From sequence record SRR20825006_617: 60,136 bases of DNA; one strand, given 5' to 3'. Under the pieces are notes generated by a model. It had not been told where the DNA came from. It searched no databases and saw nothing but the letters and a program-made list of their open reading frames with translations. Each line of letters starts with the position of its first letter. The first letter of the stretch is position 1. The position numbers and the translations under genes are program-made. Below are positions 1 to 9,200 of the stretch, in pieces.

Positions 1-30
1 GTTGGTGTCCGGATTCATTAGACCACTACA
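1..30. mobile_element. Terminal inverted repeat of an IS3-family insertion sequence; element body lies left of the window
   Basis: Reverse complement is TGTAGTGGTCTAATGAATCCGGACACCAAC, a TG-starting end resembling IS3-family (IS222-like) termini; an open frame lacking its start begins immediately after. Confidence 0.65.
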
Positions 31-32
31 TT

Positions 33-260
33 AGGATTTATAGCTCGTATCAGCTGATCAATGCTGAGACCGGAAGGTTATGGACCCTGGCTATTTTCCC
101 AGGGAGTGAGAAGCAGCTGGAAGAGAGCATATTCCTGTTTCGGGATTTTCAGGGAGGGAAAAAGCGCTGGGAGCGGTTGAATAAAGAGACGGAGATTAAA
201 GATGCCTCTTTGGTTCATATGGGGCTACGAAAAGGTTTCGGCGGTGGATTGTCAGATTAG
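33..260 (+). pseudogene. Probable 3' remnant of a gene interrupted by the IS
   Basis: 75 sense codons open from the IS boundary (RIYSSYQLINAETGRLWTLAIFPGSEKQLEESIFLFRDFQGGKKRWERL...) to TAG at 258-260, with no 5' start. Confidence 0.4.
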
Positions 261-580
261 AGGTTGTCTAAATCCAGAGAGGGTCTTAGGTCTGGCGACT
301 GTGAGTGTCGGGACTTTCAAATGGGGTAGGAAGAGAGGAAAACTGGTTTCAGTGCATCATATATTTCCAGAGTGAAATTTGGTTGCCCTTCAGGGTGAGC
401 CCCTTGATGGCTGCGCTGCAGTGTGCCTTTCTCAAGCATCTCAGCTGTCTGTTATAGATATATAGGTTTTATCATTGAAGTACGCTTGGTAGCCAATGGC
501 TATAGCGTGGTGGAGGCTAATCCGAGTAAGAAATTACGTGTGTGCCTGTTCTTGTGTTCAACAACGAATAGGACACAGAC

Positions 581-1267
581 ATGGCAACACGACATCCCCA
601 CAACCCCAACCTGACCTTAGTGGAAGGCACTGAATGGAACGGTCTTCCGCTGCTGCCCAAGCACTCTCCCTACATTGAGCAGTATCTTGAGAGAATCCTG
701 GAAACCATGAAGAAGGCGGTGGACAGGTATCGACGAACCACGGCTATCCGCTTCGATCTCAGAATCCCTGTCGACTTCCCTGAGCCAGACTCCAGTGTGA
801 TATCGAGCTTCTTTGAATCTCTGCAGGCGAAAATCAACGCCCACCAATTGAGAAAGGCCAGGCAGGGACAGAGAGTGCACTCCTGCGAACTCCGATATGT
901 TTGGGCGAGAGAGCAAAACATATCGCGCCATCGCCATTACCATTGTTGCATATTGTTGAACGGAGACGCTTACCGCTATCTCGGGGCATTCGGCTGTAAT
1001 GGCCACCCGGAAGAAGAGGAAAGGATCGCAGCGGAAAATATGTCGGGAAGAATCCGTAGCGCCTGGTGCAGTGCGCTGAGGCTTCCTTGGGGTGCTGGCC
1101 AGTGGCTAGTGCATTTCCCTACCAATGGGACCTACTACATTGATGCGAACTCAGTGACGATATTCGACCGGTATGTGGATCTATTCAGGAGACTTAGCTA
1201 CTTCGCCAAGGCCGAGACCAAGCGATATGGGGATGGCTCCAATAGCTTTGGATGCAGTCGTCGGTAG
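581..1267 (+). CDS. YagK/YfjJ (inovirus Gp2-like) family protein with HUH motif
   Basis: AIRFDLR motif, YVWARE, HUH-type RHRHYHCCILLN, C-terminal RLSYFAKAETK...FGCS. Confidence 0.8.
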   Translation: MATRHPHNPNLTLVEGTEWNGLPLLPKHSPYIEQYLERILETMKKAVDRYRRTTAIRFDLRIPVDFPEPDSSVISSFFESLQAKINAHQLRKARQGQRVHSCELRYVWAREQNISRHRHYHCCILLNGDAYRYLGAFGCNGHPEEEERIAAENMSGRIRSAWCSALRLPWGAGQWLVHFPTNGTYYIDANSVTIFDRYVDLFRRLSYFAKAETKRYGDGSNSFGCSRR

Positions 1268-1327
1268 TGGTCAGGCTGGTTAGTTTTTACCGCCATGCCG
1301 CATCTCATGAGATGAAGGAGATTGCTC

Positions 1328-1516
1328 ATGAGAATCATGCGATTGAAAGAAGTGATGGATACCACCGGCCTGGGACGGTCCTACATTTACAAGCTGATTG
1401 CGGACGGGGTCTTTCCAAAGCCGGTTCCGCTGGGTGCCCGTGCAACGGGGTGGGTCTCTGACGAGGTGGAATCCTGGATTCTGGAGAGAATTGGAGAGAG
1501 GGATCAGGTGGGGTGA
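1328..1516 (+). CDS. alpA: AlpA-family transcriptional regulator/excisionase
   Basis: MRLKEVMDTTGLGRSYIYKLIADGVFPKPVPLGARATGW is the classic AlpA pattern; RBS GAAGGAG upstream of ATG 1328. Confidence 0.9.
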   Translation: MRIMRLKEVMDTTGLGRSYIYKLIADGVFPKPVPLGARATGWVSDEVESWILERIGERDQVG

Positions 1517-1602
1517 TGTTTTTGGTAATGCGATTGCATTGACGCATGTAATGCGGTTGCATTACCATCTGCCTGTCATCCCCCATCGCGCAGGAGGCGG
1601 CC

Positions 1603-1926
1603 ATGGCCACCCTTGAAGTTGAATCCACGCTGACAGATCGGTATCAGACCACCGTGCCGGAAACGGTTCGTCGTGCTCTCAAGCTCAATAAGCGAGACAA
1701 GATTCAGTATGTCATCCGCCAAAACGGCGAAGTGGTCTTGACCCGCGCTACCAACGAAGGCGATGACCCGGCTCTGGGGTCGTTCCTGGATTTCCTGGCG
1801 AGTGATATCGCCGAGCATCCGGAGCACATCCTTGCGGTTGAGGATGCGTTAATGCAGCGTATCCAGTCGCTGACGAAGGGTGTCGAGGTTGATCTGGATG
1901 CGTCTTTACAGGAAGACGATGAATGA
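1603..1926 (+). CDS. prlF: PrlF/SohA antitoxin (AbrB-type DNA-binding N-terminus)
   Basis: STLTDRYQTTVPETVRRAL...DPALGSFLDFLASDI; ATGA overlap with the toxin gene. Confidence 0.9.
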   Translation: MATLEVESTLTDRYQTTVPETVRRALKLNKRDKIQYVIRQNGEVVLTRATNEGDDPALGSFLDFLASDIAEHPEHILAVEDALMQRIQSLTKGVEVDLDASLQEDDE

Positions 1927-2453
1927 GTGGGAGGCAATCGACCGCTCTGACTATCAATGGTTGGGCGGTCTTCGCTCACCCATTATTTCTGGAACAGCTT
2001 GAAACCCTGGCAAGGCAAGTCGAAAGCCTTAAGGAAAAAAATCCTGAGGGGTTCACCAAGAAAAATGCCACCAAGCGGTTAGCTGCGATTGCCAAGCTGG
2101 CTTTCGAGGTCATCCCGCAGGACCCTACAAAACCGGATTTCCGGCAGGGGGGCACGCTTGGTGAGGATTACAAGCACTGGTTCCGTGCGAAGTTCTTTCA
2201 GCAATACCGGTTGTTCTTTCGCTACCACGCCTCAAGCAAGGTTATTGTCTATGCTTGGGTCAATGATGAAGGCACCAAGCGGGCGTATGAGAGCTCCGAT
2301 GATGCCTACCGGGTTTTCCGCAAGATGTTGAAAAGTGGCCACCCTCCCGATGATTGGGATCAGCTTTTGATCGAAGTAAGACGGGATGAGCAGAGTCAGG
2401 AAGCCATGCGTTCCCTAGCCGAGCAAGCCCAAAATCAGGACATGGGTTACTGA
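1923..2453 (+). CDS. yhaV: YhaV RelE-superfamily toxin
   Basis: INGWAVFAHPLF...HWFRAKFFQQYRLFFRY...YAWVNDEGTKRAY; paired with prlF. Confidence 0.9.
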   Translation: MSGRQSTALTINGWAVFAHPLFLEQLETLARQVESLKEKNPEGFTKKNATKRLAAIAKLAFEVIPQDPTKPDFRQGGTLGEDYKHWFRAKFFQQYRLFFRYHASSKVIVYAWVNDEGTKRAYESSDDAYRVFRKMLKSGHPPDDWDQLLIEVRRDEQSQEAMRSLAEQAQNQDMGY

Positions 2454-2583
2454 TCTTCTTTGCCGTTGTTTCGAGTTCGCAAATCCTCTTGATGGTGTAG
2501 GGTTTTGCCATCCCGAATATGTATAAGAAGAGTTTGTACACCAACCTGAAGTGGGCTGATCGACTAACTGATTCTGTGGAGAA

Positions 2584-2940
2584 TCAGTCCTTTTTGTAAA
2601 TGACGGTCACTTTGCCGGCAGGTTTGTTCTTACCTATCTCATAATCAGGGTTGAAAGTGGCGAGGTTATGAGCGGCGATGCCAATCACTGAGGCAAAGCC
2701 AGTAACCTGGGTAAAGCCAGTCGGGATAGCGAAGCTGGCTAAGGAGGCCGCTCTGTATTCTGTGTACACGCGGCAACGTAGCCCTTTTTTTTCAATGGCT
2801 CCCTCGACTTTATTTACCACGGAGCTGATGTTCTTGACCGCGACAATTTGAAAGGAAGCTTTCTTGGCAATGAGTTCGGAGAGCTTTTCAGTAGTGATGT
2901 CTTCGGAGGTGTATTTTTCGATGTCAATATCTTTGCTCAT
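2584..2940 (-). CDS. Hypothetical protein with one hydrophobic segment
   Basis: 118-aa ORF with RBS (AGGA); no recognised family. Confidence 0.6.
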   Translation of the reverse strand: MSKDIDIEKYTSEDITTEKLSELIAKKASFQIVAVKNISSVVNKVEGAIEKKGLRCRVYTEYRAASLASFAIPTGFTQVTGFASVIGIAAHNLATFNPDYEIGKNKPAGKVTVIYKKD

Positions 2941-2968
2941 TGAGTTGTCCTAGTTTGAGGAGATGATA

Positions 2969-2992
2969 AAACGGGCAGATTCGCTGCCCGTT
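2969..2992 (-). terminator. Rho-independent terminator-like hairpin
   Basis: AACGGGCAG-cgaat-CTGCCCGTT followed by TTAT on the minus strand, downstream of 3025..3813. Confidence 0.55.
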
Positions 2993-3024
2993 CTAGTCAG
3001 CGACTGGGTCTTATTGAAGTATGA

Positions 3025-3813
3025 TCAAAGCTCCGCTATTTGCTGTAGGGCATCTTCATAAGCAAATAGTGTGTCGAAGTTTTCGTTGTAAATTAGGTAG
3101 AGGGCGGACTGTATGTTCTCGTGTGGCGTTTCTTCGATGGTATCTTTGAATATGTTGGTATGATGCATGCTTCCGGAAAGCACCATGAAGCTTTCGTCCT
3201 CCATTACCACCCAGTCAATGGTTTCAAAGGCCCTGGCTCCTTTGTATTTCTCAAGAGTCTCCTGAGCCAGAGAGAGGGAGTCCTGGTTTTCTTTTTCAAT
3301 CATCGAGATCTGGTTTTTTATGCTCCGGACCTCTCTTTCGTGATTTTCTATATCGGTTATTGATTGCTGTTTCACACGAGGCCAAACCGTGTAGCTGGAG
3401 CCGTTTTCTGTTTTCCTTTCAGTCCAAGAATTCCCGTTATCGATATGATTTTGGGCTTTCTCTAATAGTTGTTTTTCTCTCGCTATTTCTGATTCGAGTT
3501 CGTTTACCCTTTCCTGCAATGTGATCAGCCTGCTGTCGTTTTTTGCAGCATCGATCATTTCATTTGCTGTATCCCTGTAATTCTTTTCTATGTCCTTGAA
3601 ATCACAGGTGTAACGAACGACATCTCGGCCCCGTTCGTCCTCAATGACAGACCAGGCTGTGCTCTCACAAAGCTTACGGTTATCCAGCGCCTGGCCAACC
3701 GTATATTCAGGGAGTAATTCAAGACGCCCCTCCCGGATGACGTCTATTTCAGAAGAGCACCCGGATAGGGCTGCCAGGGAAATGCATGCTAGGGCTGCTT
3801 TGAGGTTTTTCAT
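3025..3813 (-). CDS. Putative lipoprotein with central coiled coil
   Basis: Signal peptide with lipobox LSGC; heptad-like charged region. Confidence 0.7.
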   Translation of the reverse strand: MKNLKAALACISLAALSGCSSEIDVIREGRLELLPEYTVGQALDNRKLCESTAWSVIEDERGRDVVRYTCDFKDIEKNYRDTANEMIDAAKNDSRLITLQERVNELESEIAREKQLLEKAQNHIDNGNSWTERKTENGSSYTVWPRVKQQSITDIENHEREVRSIKNQISMIEKENQDSLSLAQETLEKYKGARAFETIDWVVMEDESFMVLSGSMHHTNIFKDTIEETPHENIQSALYLIYNENFDTLFAYEDALQQIAEL

Positions 3814-3852
3814 GATGGTTCTCTTTTAAAATCTTTCCATGAGGTGATTGGC

Positions 3853-4413
3853 TTAAGCACCAACCACAATTAAGAGGAAACAGACGATCCAGACGATGAA
3901 GTACGCCAGGTTCTGCTTCAGGGCTTGGGTTCGTTGGTAGAGATAGACGGGCACCAGCCACACCCATCCACCAAATGTGCTGGTATCAGTGCCGGCTTTC
4001 TTGAGTCTCTTTTCATCCAGGAAAGACAGGGCGATATTGAGTATGAGAGTGATGTAAATGAAATGGCCGCTGGCAACGGCTTGCTCGGCACGGTACTCGC
4101 TGCTGTGAACCATGTAGGCCACAAAGTATTCCAGGGTGAGGCCGATCAGTGGGGCAAACGCCAGAATCCATACAACGGTGTTGTTGACTTTGGCTCCGGT
4201 TAGCGGCGGTGGGGTCGTATCATCAAGGTGTTCTCGAAGCTGGGTATCTTCGATGCTGGTCCAGTCCGCGAACCCCTTCTTCCAGACGTATGATCCGTGG
4301 CGCAGTGTGCCGTTGCTGATCAGGGTGATGAGATCGGTTTCAGAAACGCCCCCCTTCCTTTCTCCGTTGAGTTCGTAGAACCAGATCTCGTTCCCCGTGG
4401 TGCTGTTTTCCAT
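3853..4413 (-). CDS. GYF_2 (DUF4339)-domain membrane protein
   Basis: WFYELNGERKGGVS...YVWKKGFADW...PPPL followed by several hydrophobic helices. Confidence 0.8.
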   Translation of the reverse strand: MENSTTGNEIWFYELNGERKGGVSETDLITLISNGTLRHGSYVWKKGFADWTSIEDTQLREHLDDTTPPPLTGAKVNNTVVWILAFAPLIGLTLEYFVAYMVHSSEYRAEQAVASGHFIYITLILNIALSFLDEKRLKKAGTDTSTFGGWVWLVPVYLYQRTQALKQNLAYFIVWIVCFLLIVVGA

Positions 4414-4663
4414 TGTTCATTCCTTGTAGTGGCTGTCCTTCCATGGTTTTTAGCCAAGCACAGGTCGAGTGCTATGCCTGGGAAGAGCGGTCTCCCCCAG
4501 GCGCTGTGTCCGCTGGTTTGGAAGGTGTGTCTCAGTTTGAGTGTTATGTAATTCAAGACTCGCAAAGTATTGCAATGCTGCACCTTTAGGGTCAAGTATT
4601 CCGGTACGACAGAGGTATGGCACTGCCGTAGCGTTGCTCTATCAGATTGATGGAGTGGGCGTG

Positions 4664-4993
4664 ATGAGCTTTCCCGAGCGCCTGAAGGCGGCACGGTTGG
4701 CGTTGGGTCTGACCCAGGAGCAGTTGGGCGACGAGCTTCATGTGACCAAATCCACGATATCCGCCTGGGAAAATGGCCGTGATTCGCCCGGATTTCGTTT
4801 ACTGCCGAAGTTGAAGGCGGTCCTCGGTGTATCGCTGGATCATCTGATCTGCGGTGATCAGGTTGAGGGTGCCTCAGAGCTGAAGTCCAAGTATGACGCT
4901 CAGGTACGTAATGATGCCGAAGCCCAACTGCTCAAGGGCTACCGGCGCCTGTCCGTTAAACGTCGCCAAGGCCTGCTGGCTATGATTGATTAG
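4664..4993 (+). CDS. XRE-family HTH transcriptional regulator
   Basis: RLKAARLALGLTQEQLGDELHVTKSTISAWENG; RBS GGAG before GTG/ATG at 4661/4664. Confidence 0.9.
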   Translation: MSFPERLKAARLALGLTQEQLGDELHVTKSTISAWENGRDSPGFRLLPKLKAVLGVSLDHLICGDQVEGASELKSKYDAQVRNDAEAQLLKGYRRLSVKRRQGLLAMID

Positions 4994-5871
4994 CCTGCCT
5001 TCTTCCCGGCCAATTTCTGGCTGAGTCCCTGTGCCGACTGCGGTTGAGCATTGCCCGATGGTGTAGCACCCTCCGGCACGAACTCCTCCACGACCTGTAA
5101 CCCTTCCTCCTCCGAGTATTCGAACTGAGCGTTGAGTAGTCCGGCATGGGCCACCTTCTCCAGCTCTGCTTGGTTGATGCCTTGGTTTTCCCTGACCTTG
5201 GCCGTTTCCCTGGCGTGGCTGACGGCATCCTCCATGGATTGCTCAGCGCGCAGCGTCAGATCCACGTAGTAGATTGGTGCCCGGTGGCTCTGGGTAGTGC
5301 TCTTCCCGCGCAGTTTCAATTCCAGGGGCAGGGTGGCCAGGTTGCCACCACTGATGGCATGGAGGTAGCGAAGCCGAGCCGCCAGGGTGCGGATGCTGTT
5401 GTAGCCAGTGGTCCGGAACACGAAGCAGCCCAATTCATCCTCTTCCCCGATTCGTACATACAGCCGCCCGTAGGGCTTGCACAGATCATGGGCGCCGAAT
5501 TCGCATAGGTCGGGTGAGGGGCAAGGCAGTTGCTCCAGGCCCTGGTCGGTGCGGCGTCGGCAGGTCTCCCCGTCGCCACTGCACAGGGGCCGGCCACTCT
5601 TGCGCTCGAAGAAGGTGTACTCCGCCCGCAGGTTCAGGTCCGGATCATTGAAGGGCAGGGTGACGGGAATGCTGCGTAGCTTCTTGCCTTGACCCTCTTG
5701 GCGTAGGGCCTCATCCAGTGGGTGCGGTAGCCAGCCCTCCCGGGTCTGGATCTGGGTAGTGATGGTGAATTGGTCGTCTTTCTCCGGCAGACGCTTGCCG
5801 TTCTTTTCCACCATGCGGCCAATGCTGATACGGCCAATCACGGGTGGAGTAATGGCGAGTCCTTTGATCAT
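4990..5871 (-). CDS. Gp3-like / recombination-directionality-factor-like protein (often labelled hydrolase/metal-binding protein)
   Basis: MIKGLAITPPVIGRISIG...LPEKDDQF...CSGDGETC...CPSPDLC...FRTTGYNS; usual neighbour of YqaJ and DUF932 in islands. Confidence 0.7.
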   Translation of the reverse strand: MIKGLAITPPVIGRISIGRMVEKNGKRLPEKDDQFTITTQIQTREGWLPHPLDEALRQEGQGKKLRSIPVTLPFNDPDLNLRAEYTFFERKSGRPLCSGDGETCRRRTDQGLEQLPCPSPDLCEFGAHDLCKPYGRLYVRIGEEDELGCFVFRTTGYNSIRTLAARLRYLHAISGGNLATLPLELKLRGKSTTQSHRAPIYYVDLTLRAEQSMEDAVSHARETAKVRENQGINQAELEKVAHAGLLNAQFEYSEEEGLQVVEEFVPEGATPSGNAQPQSAQGLSQKLAGKKAG

Positions 5872-5968
5872 GGGAATCTCCTGTTATAAAAAAGCACACA
5901 GCCGCCGGGCAGGGCCCGGCGTTTATGCTGTTAGGCGTGGGGTGTTGAGTAAGGTGATGCGAGAACGA

Positions 5969-6976
5969 TCAGGTGTTGGGCTTGACCAGGAACCGGCGGC
6001 TGCCGGCCCGATGCTTGGGGAACTGCTGCAGTAGCGCGGGCTGAGTCTTGAGCAGGGCGTCAGTATCGAGCACCGTACCGTCCTTGCTGCGCTTCCAGCT
6101 CACCTGTCCATCCATGAAGTAAGCCCGAGCGGCGTCACCCATGCGTTGCTGGATGCGCTGCTTGAGCCGGGCTTCCCGTTCGGCCAGACGAGCCAAGCGT
6201 TCCCGGATATCCAGTATCTCACTGAAGTCGCCGTTGAGTGCGGTGTCTTCAATGAGATCCAGGGCTTCGCCATCATCGTGGGGATAGAGTGCCCGCAGGG
6301 CCTGATCGGCGGAGTCGGAACCATCGGCATCGGGTGGCGTATCGGTCTCCACCTGATGCCAGAAGGCCCGCTCCAGCTCGATCAGTTGCTTGATGACGGC
6401 TTCATCCCGCTCAATGCGATGCACCTGCAACTCCTGCCCGCAGATCAACACTGCCACGTCCGCCGCCTGCTTGCCGGTGACGGCCAGTTGATGCTGAACC
6501 TGGCACTGGATGTACTCCGGTACGCCATCGGCCCAGAGCCTAGCGCCATTGAGACCGGTGGTTTTGCACTCCAGGATCTGCACCTCTGGATTTCCCACTA
6601 CCGAGTAATCCAGATTGGCCAGCATCCAGGACTTGTCTGCATCCGGGTGCTGGAGCACGGCATTCACTCGCCGCACCTTGTTGCCTGTCGCCTTGGCATA
6701 GGCCTCGGCCACCTTGGGTTCAAGAAGATTGCCCCAGTACAGCGGGGTATGGATGTCGTCCGGATCGGGGGCCGGTAACAGCCCATCCCGACCGGTCTTG
6801 ATCATCCACAGCTCCAGCGGAGACTGATACGGGTTAAGCCCCACCGCCGCAGCGGCATCGCTGGCCCCGATACCTTGCTTGCGGACCTTGAGCCACTGCT
6901 CCCGGTTCATGCCCTTGGTGGACACCAGGCGCAGCGCCGGGCGGGATGAGGATTTGATGGCGCGGGGAGTGCTCAT
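5969..6976 (-). CDS. YqaJ/lambda-exonuclease family protein
   Basis: WLKVRKQGIGASDAAA, WGNLLEP, ANLD...LECKT, QVQHQLAV motifs. Confidence 0.9.
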   Translation of the reverse strand: MSTPRAIKSSSRPALRLVSTKGMNREQWLKVRKQGIGASDAAAAVGLNPYQSPLELWMIKTGRDGLLPAPDPDDIHTPLYWGNLLEPKVAEAYAKATGNKVRRVNAVLQHPDADKSWMLANLDYSVVGNPEVQILECKTTGLNGARLWADGVPEYIQCQVQHQLAVTGKQAADVAVLICGQELQVHRIERDEAVIKQLIELERAFWHQVETDTPPDADGSDSADQALRALYPHDDGEALDLIEDTALNGDFSEILDIRERLARLAEREARLKQRIQQRMGDAARAYFMDGQVSWKRSKDGTVLDTDALLKTQPALLQQFPKHRAGSRRFLVKPNT

Positions 6977-7473
6977 GAGTGACCTCCTTCCAGTTGGGCC
7001 AGCCGCTCGGTAAAGCGATCATGGAGATTGATCAGCCGATGGGTCTGGGGTGTCTGATCCGACGGGATCTCATGACTACCGCCCTGGCTGAAGAAAGTGA
7101 CCACCAGCTCGGTGATCATCTGTTGGATGTCGTCATGGGGTGGCAGATTGCCGTCATTCTCGAGCAGATAGGTGCCCAGCTGTTCGCCCAGAATGGACAC
7201 CACCTCGTACTCGAACACCCCAGGAAACCCTTGCGGGCCGTACCAGTAGGGTTGCACCTGTTTCCAGATATCGGGGATGAAGTCACACAGGGTGCTGATC
7301 AGTTCGATACAGCCATTACCCCAGATCTCCAGTAGTCGGTTGCCGCGCTCTTTGTTCAGTATTACCCCTTCATGGAGAAAGGCTCCCCAGAGGGCGGCCA
7401 GATGCGGGGAGAGGGGAGGCGCAGAGCATCTGGCTTCCGGGTCCACGCTGCTATCGTGATTACGTTCTGTCAT
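6973..7473 (-). CDS. Hypothetical protein
   Basis: RBS GGAG before ATG 7473; ATGA overlap with the YqaJ gene. Confidence 0.65.
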   Translation of the reverse strand: MTERNHDSSVDPEARCSAPPLSPHLAALWGAFLHEGVILNKERGNRLLEIWGNGCIELISTLCDFIPDIWKQVQPYWYGPQGFPGVFEYEVVSILGEQLGTYLLENDGNLPPHDDIQQMITELVVTFFSQGGSHEIPSDQTPQTHRLINLHDRFTERLAQLEGGHS

Positions 7474-7557
7474 GGTCAGGCTCCAAACAATAAAAAGCCC
7501 GACCGGCACAGAGCGGGTCGGGCTTTAGTCGAGGGAAAAGCATGAGTCGGGAATCAG

Positions 7558-8526
7558 TCAGGCCACCAGTTCCAGAGTCTGGCTAAGGGCCCGCTGCTTG
7601 ATCTGGGCGCCCTTGCCGAACCAGGCGGAATCCAGCCGGTTGTCGGTGCTGCGGGCGCGGCGCTCATGGTCCACGAACTCGGTGACTGCATTGAGCAGGC
7701 CGTAGGCCGTGTTCTTGGCAGACGGCAGCTCCGCGCCGCGACCGGCCCCGTCATACAGAGACATGGCCTTCTTCATGGCCTGTTCGTTGGGCTTCACCAG
7801 CATGTCACCCGATGAGTAGTTCACATCGGTGAAGACAGAGCGCATGACCTTCTCGGCGGTCTTGCGGGTAATGCGCCGCTCGCTGAGGGCCTTCAGCCGG
7901 TACATGAAGTCATCCCATGCAGAGACCGAGATCCCCAGCTGCTTCTTGACGGCCTGAGCATCGAAGGTGGTATTGTGCCGGACTTTCACCGCCTGGTCGG
8001 CGCCATTGAGGGCTACCGCCAGGGTGTTGTTGCACACCACCCGGATGCTGGTGAACTGGGCGGTGGTGGCCAGGGTGCCGTCACAGGCGGTGGCCAGCAG
8101 CACATAGCCGTTGGTCTGGTCATTGCCTGCCAAGGAGCCTGTTTGCCCGGTGCGGGCCAGCGCCCACAGCTTGCGGCCCCCTTTAAGGACACCAGCGGTT
8201 TCCAGTTCAAAGCCAGAGCGCTCGGTGAGGTCCCGGTAAAACTCCAGGATCTGCCGGGGCTGAACCACCTTGAAGCGGTTACTTACTACGGATAGAGGCG
8301 CCTGATTGTCTGAGCGGAACAGCACCTTCTGATCCGGGAAGGACGAGATCTGGCCAAGGGCGCCGGCCTCGCTGCTAATGAAGCGGACAGGGGTTTCACG
8401 GATCTCCCAGTCCATGCCGGCTTCCCGCATCCAGACATTGAGGGGTTGTTGGCTGGCGAGCTGGTTGCCCAGCCCGTGCCAGGGGGTACGGCCTGCATAG
8501 GCCATGCTTTCGACAAGGTGTGCCAT
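7558..8526 (-). CDS. DUF932 family phage/plasmid protein
   Basis: MAYAGRTPWHGLG, LETAGVLKGGRKLWALA, IRVVCNNTL, LNAVTEFVDH; RBS GGAG before ATG 8526. Confidence 0.9.
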   Translation of the reverse strand: MAHLVESMAYAGRTPWHGLGNQLASQQPLNVWMREAGMDWEIRETPVRFISSEAGALGQISSFPDQKVLFRSDNQAPLSVVSNRFKVVQPRQILEFYRDLTERSGFELETAGVLKGGRKLWALARTGQTGSLAGNDQTNGYVLLATACDGTLATTAQFTSIRVVCNNTLAVALNGADQAVKVRHNTTFDAQAVKKQLGISVSAWDDFMYRLKALSERRITRKTAEKVMRSVFTDVNYSSGDMLVKPNEQAMKKAMSLYDGAGRGAELPSAKNTAYGLLNAVTEFVDHERRARSTDNRLDSAWFGKGAQIKQRALSQTLELVA

Positions 8527-8624
8527 GGTAAATCTCCAAAAATAACGATGAGCCCGAAACGGGCGGATTAACGAATGAGAAGAGGGGTGAGTCAGGGGGA
8601 GAGCAAAAGCCGAAGAGGGGCGGC

Positions 8625-9119
8625 TCAGAGCCAGCCACGCTGGGCCAGGCTGACCCACTCGGAGCGGGACACAACGAAGTGATCCAGGACCCGTACATCG
8701 ATCAGGGCCAGAGCGTCCTTGAGCCGGGTGGTGATGGTGCGATCAGCCTGGGAGGGCTCACAGCACCCGGAGGGATGGTTATGGGCGAAGATTACGGCAG
8801 CGGCATTGCAGGCCAGGGCCTGCTGTACCACCACACGGGGGTACACCGCCGCGCCATCAATGGTGCCGTTGAACAAGGGCTCGAAACTGAGCACCTTGTG
8901 TTTGTTATTGAGAAAGATGGCCGCGAAGACCTCGTTCTTCTCCTGGGCCAGGGCCATCTGCAGGAACTGGGCGACATCGGTGGGAGAGGTGAGAGCCTCC
9001 CGACCGGTGAGCTCATCCAAGAGGATGGTGGCCGCTGTACTGACAATCTCCTCAGGCTTAACGCAGCCCTGTACGTGGTACAGGCCCTGCTCGTTCTTTA
9101 CGAAAGTGGGAATATCCAT
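8625..9119 (-). CDS. radC: RadC-like JAB-domain protein (mobile-element type)
   Basis: [20 protein letters not shown]...PSQAD, VLDHFVV. Confidence 0.92.
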   Translation of the reverse strand: MDIPTFVKNEQGLYHVQGCVKPEEIVSTAATILLDELTGREALTSPTDVAQFLQMALAQEKNEVFAAIFLNNKHKVLSFEPLFNGTIDGAAVYPRVVVQQALACNAAAVIFAHNHPSGCCEPSQADRTITTRLKDALALIDVRVLDHFVVSRSEWVSLAQRGWL

Positions 9120-9200
9120 AAAAACTCCAAAACGGCATAAAAAAGCCCGCGCAAGGCGGGCTTTGGCATGTGGTGAAGGGGGGCAAGTGCGAAATACGGT

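Noticed and set aside
6146-6778. Long antisense ORFs (also 19197..19913, 23715..24371, 25393..26172, 29234..29830, 54373..54909)
   Set aside because: Shadow frames of well-supported genes in GC-rich sequence
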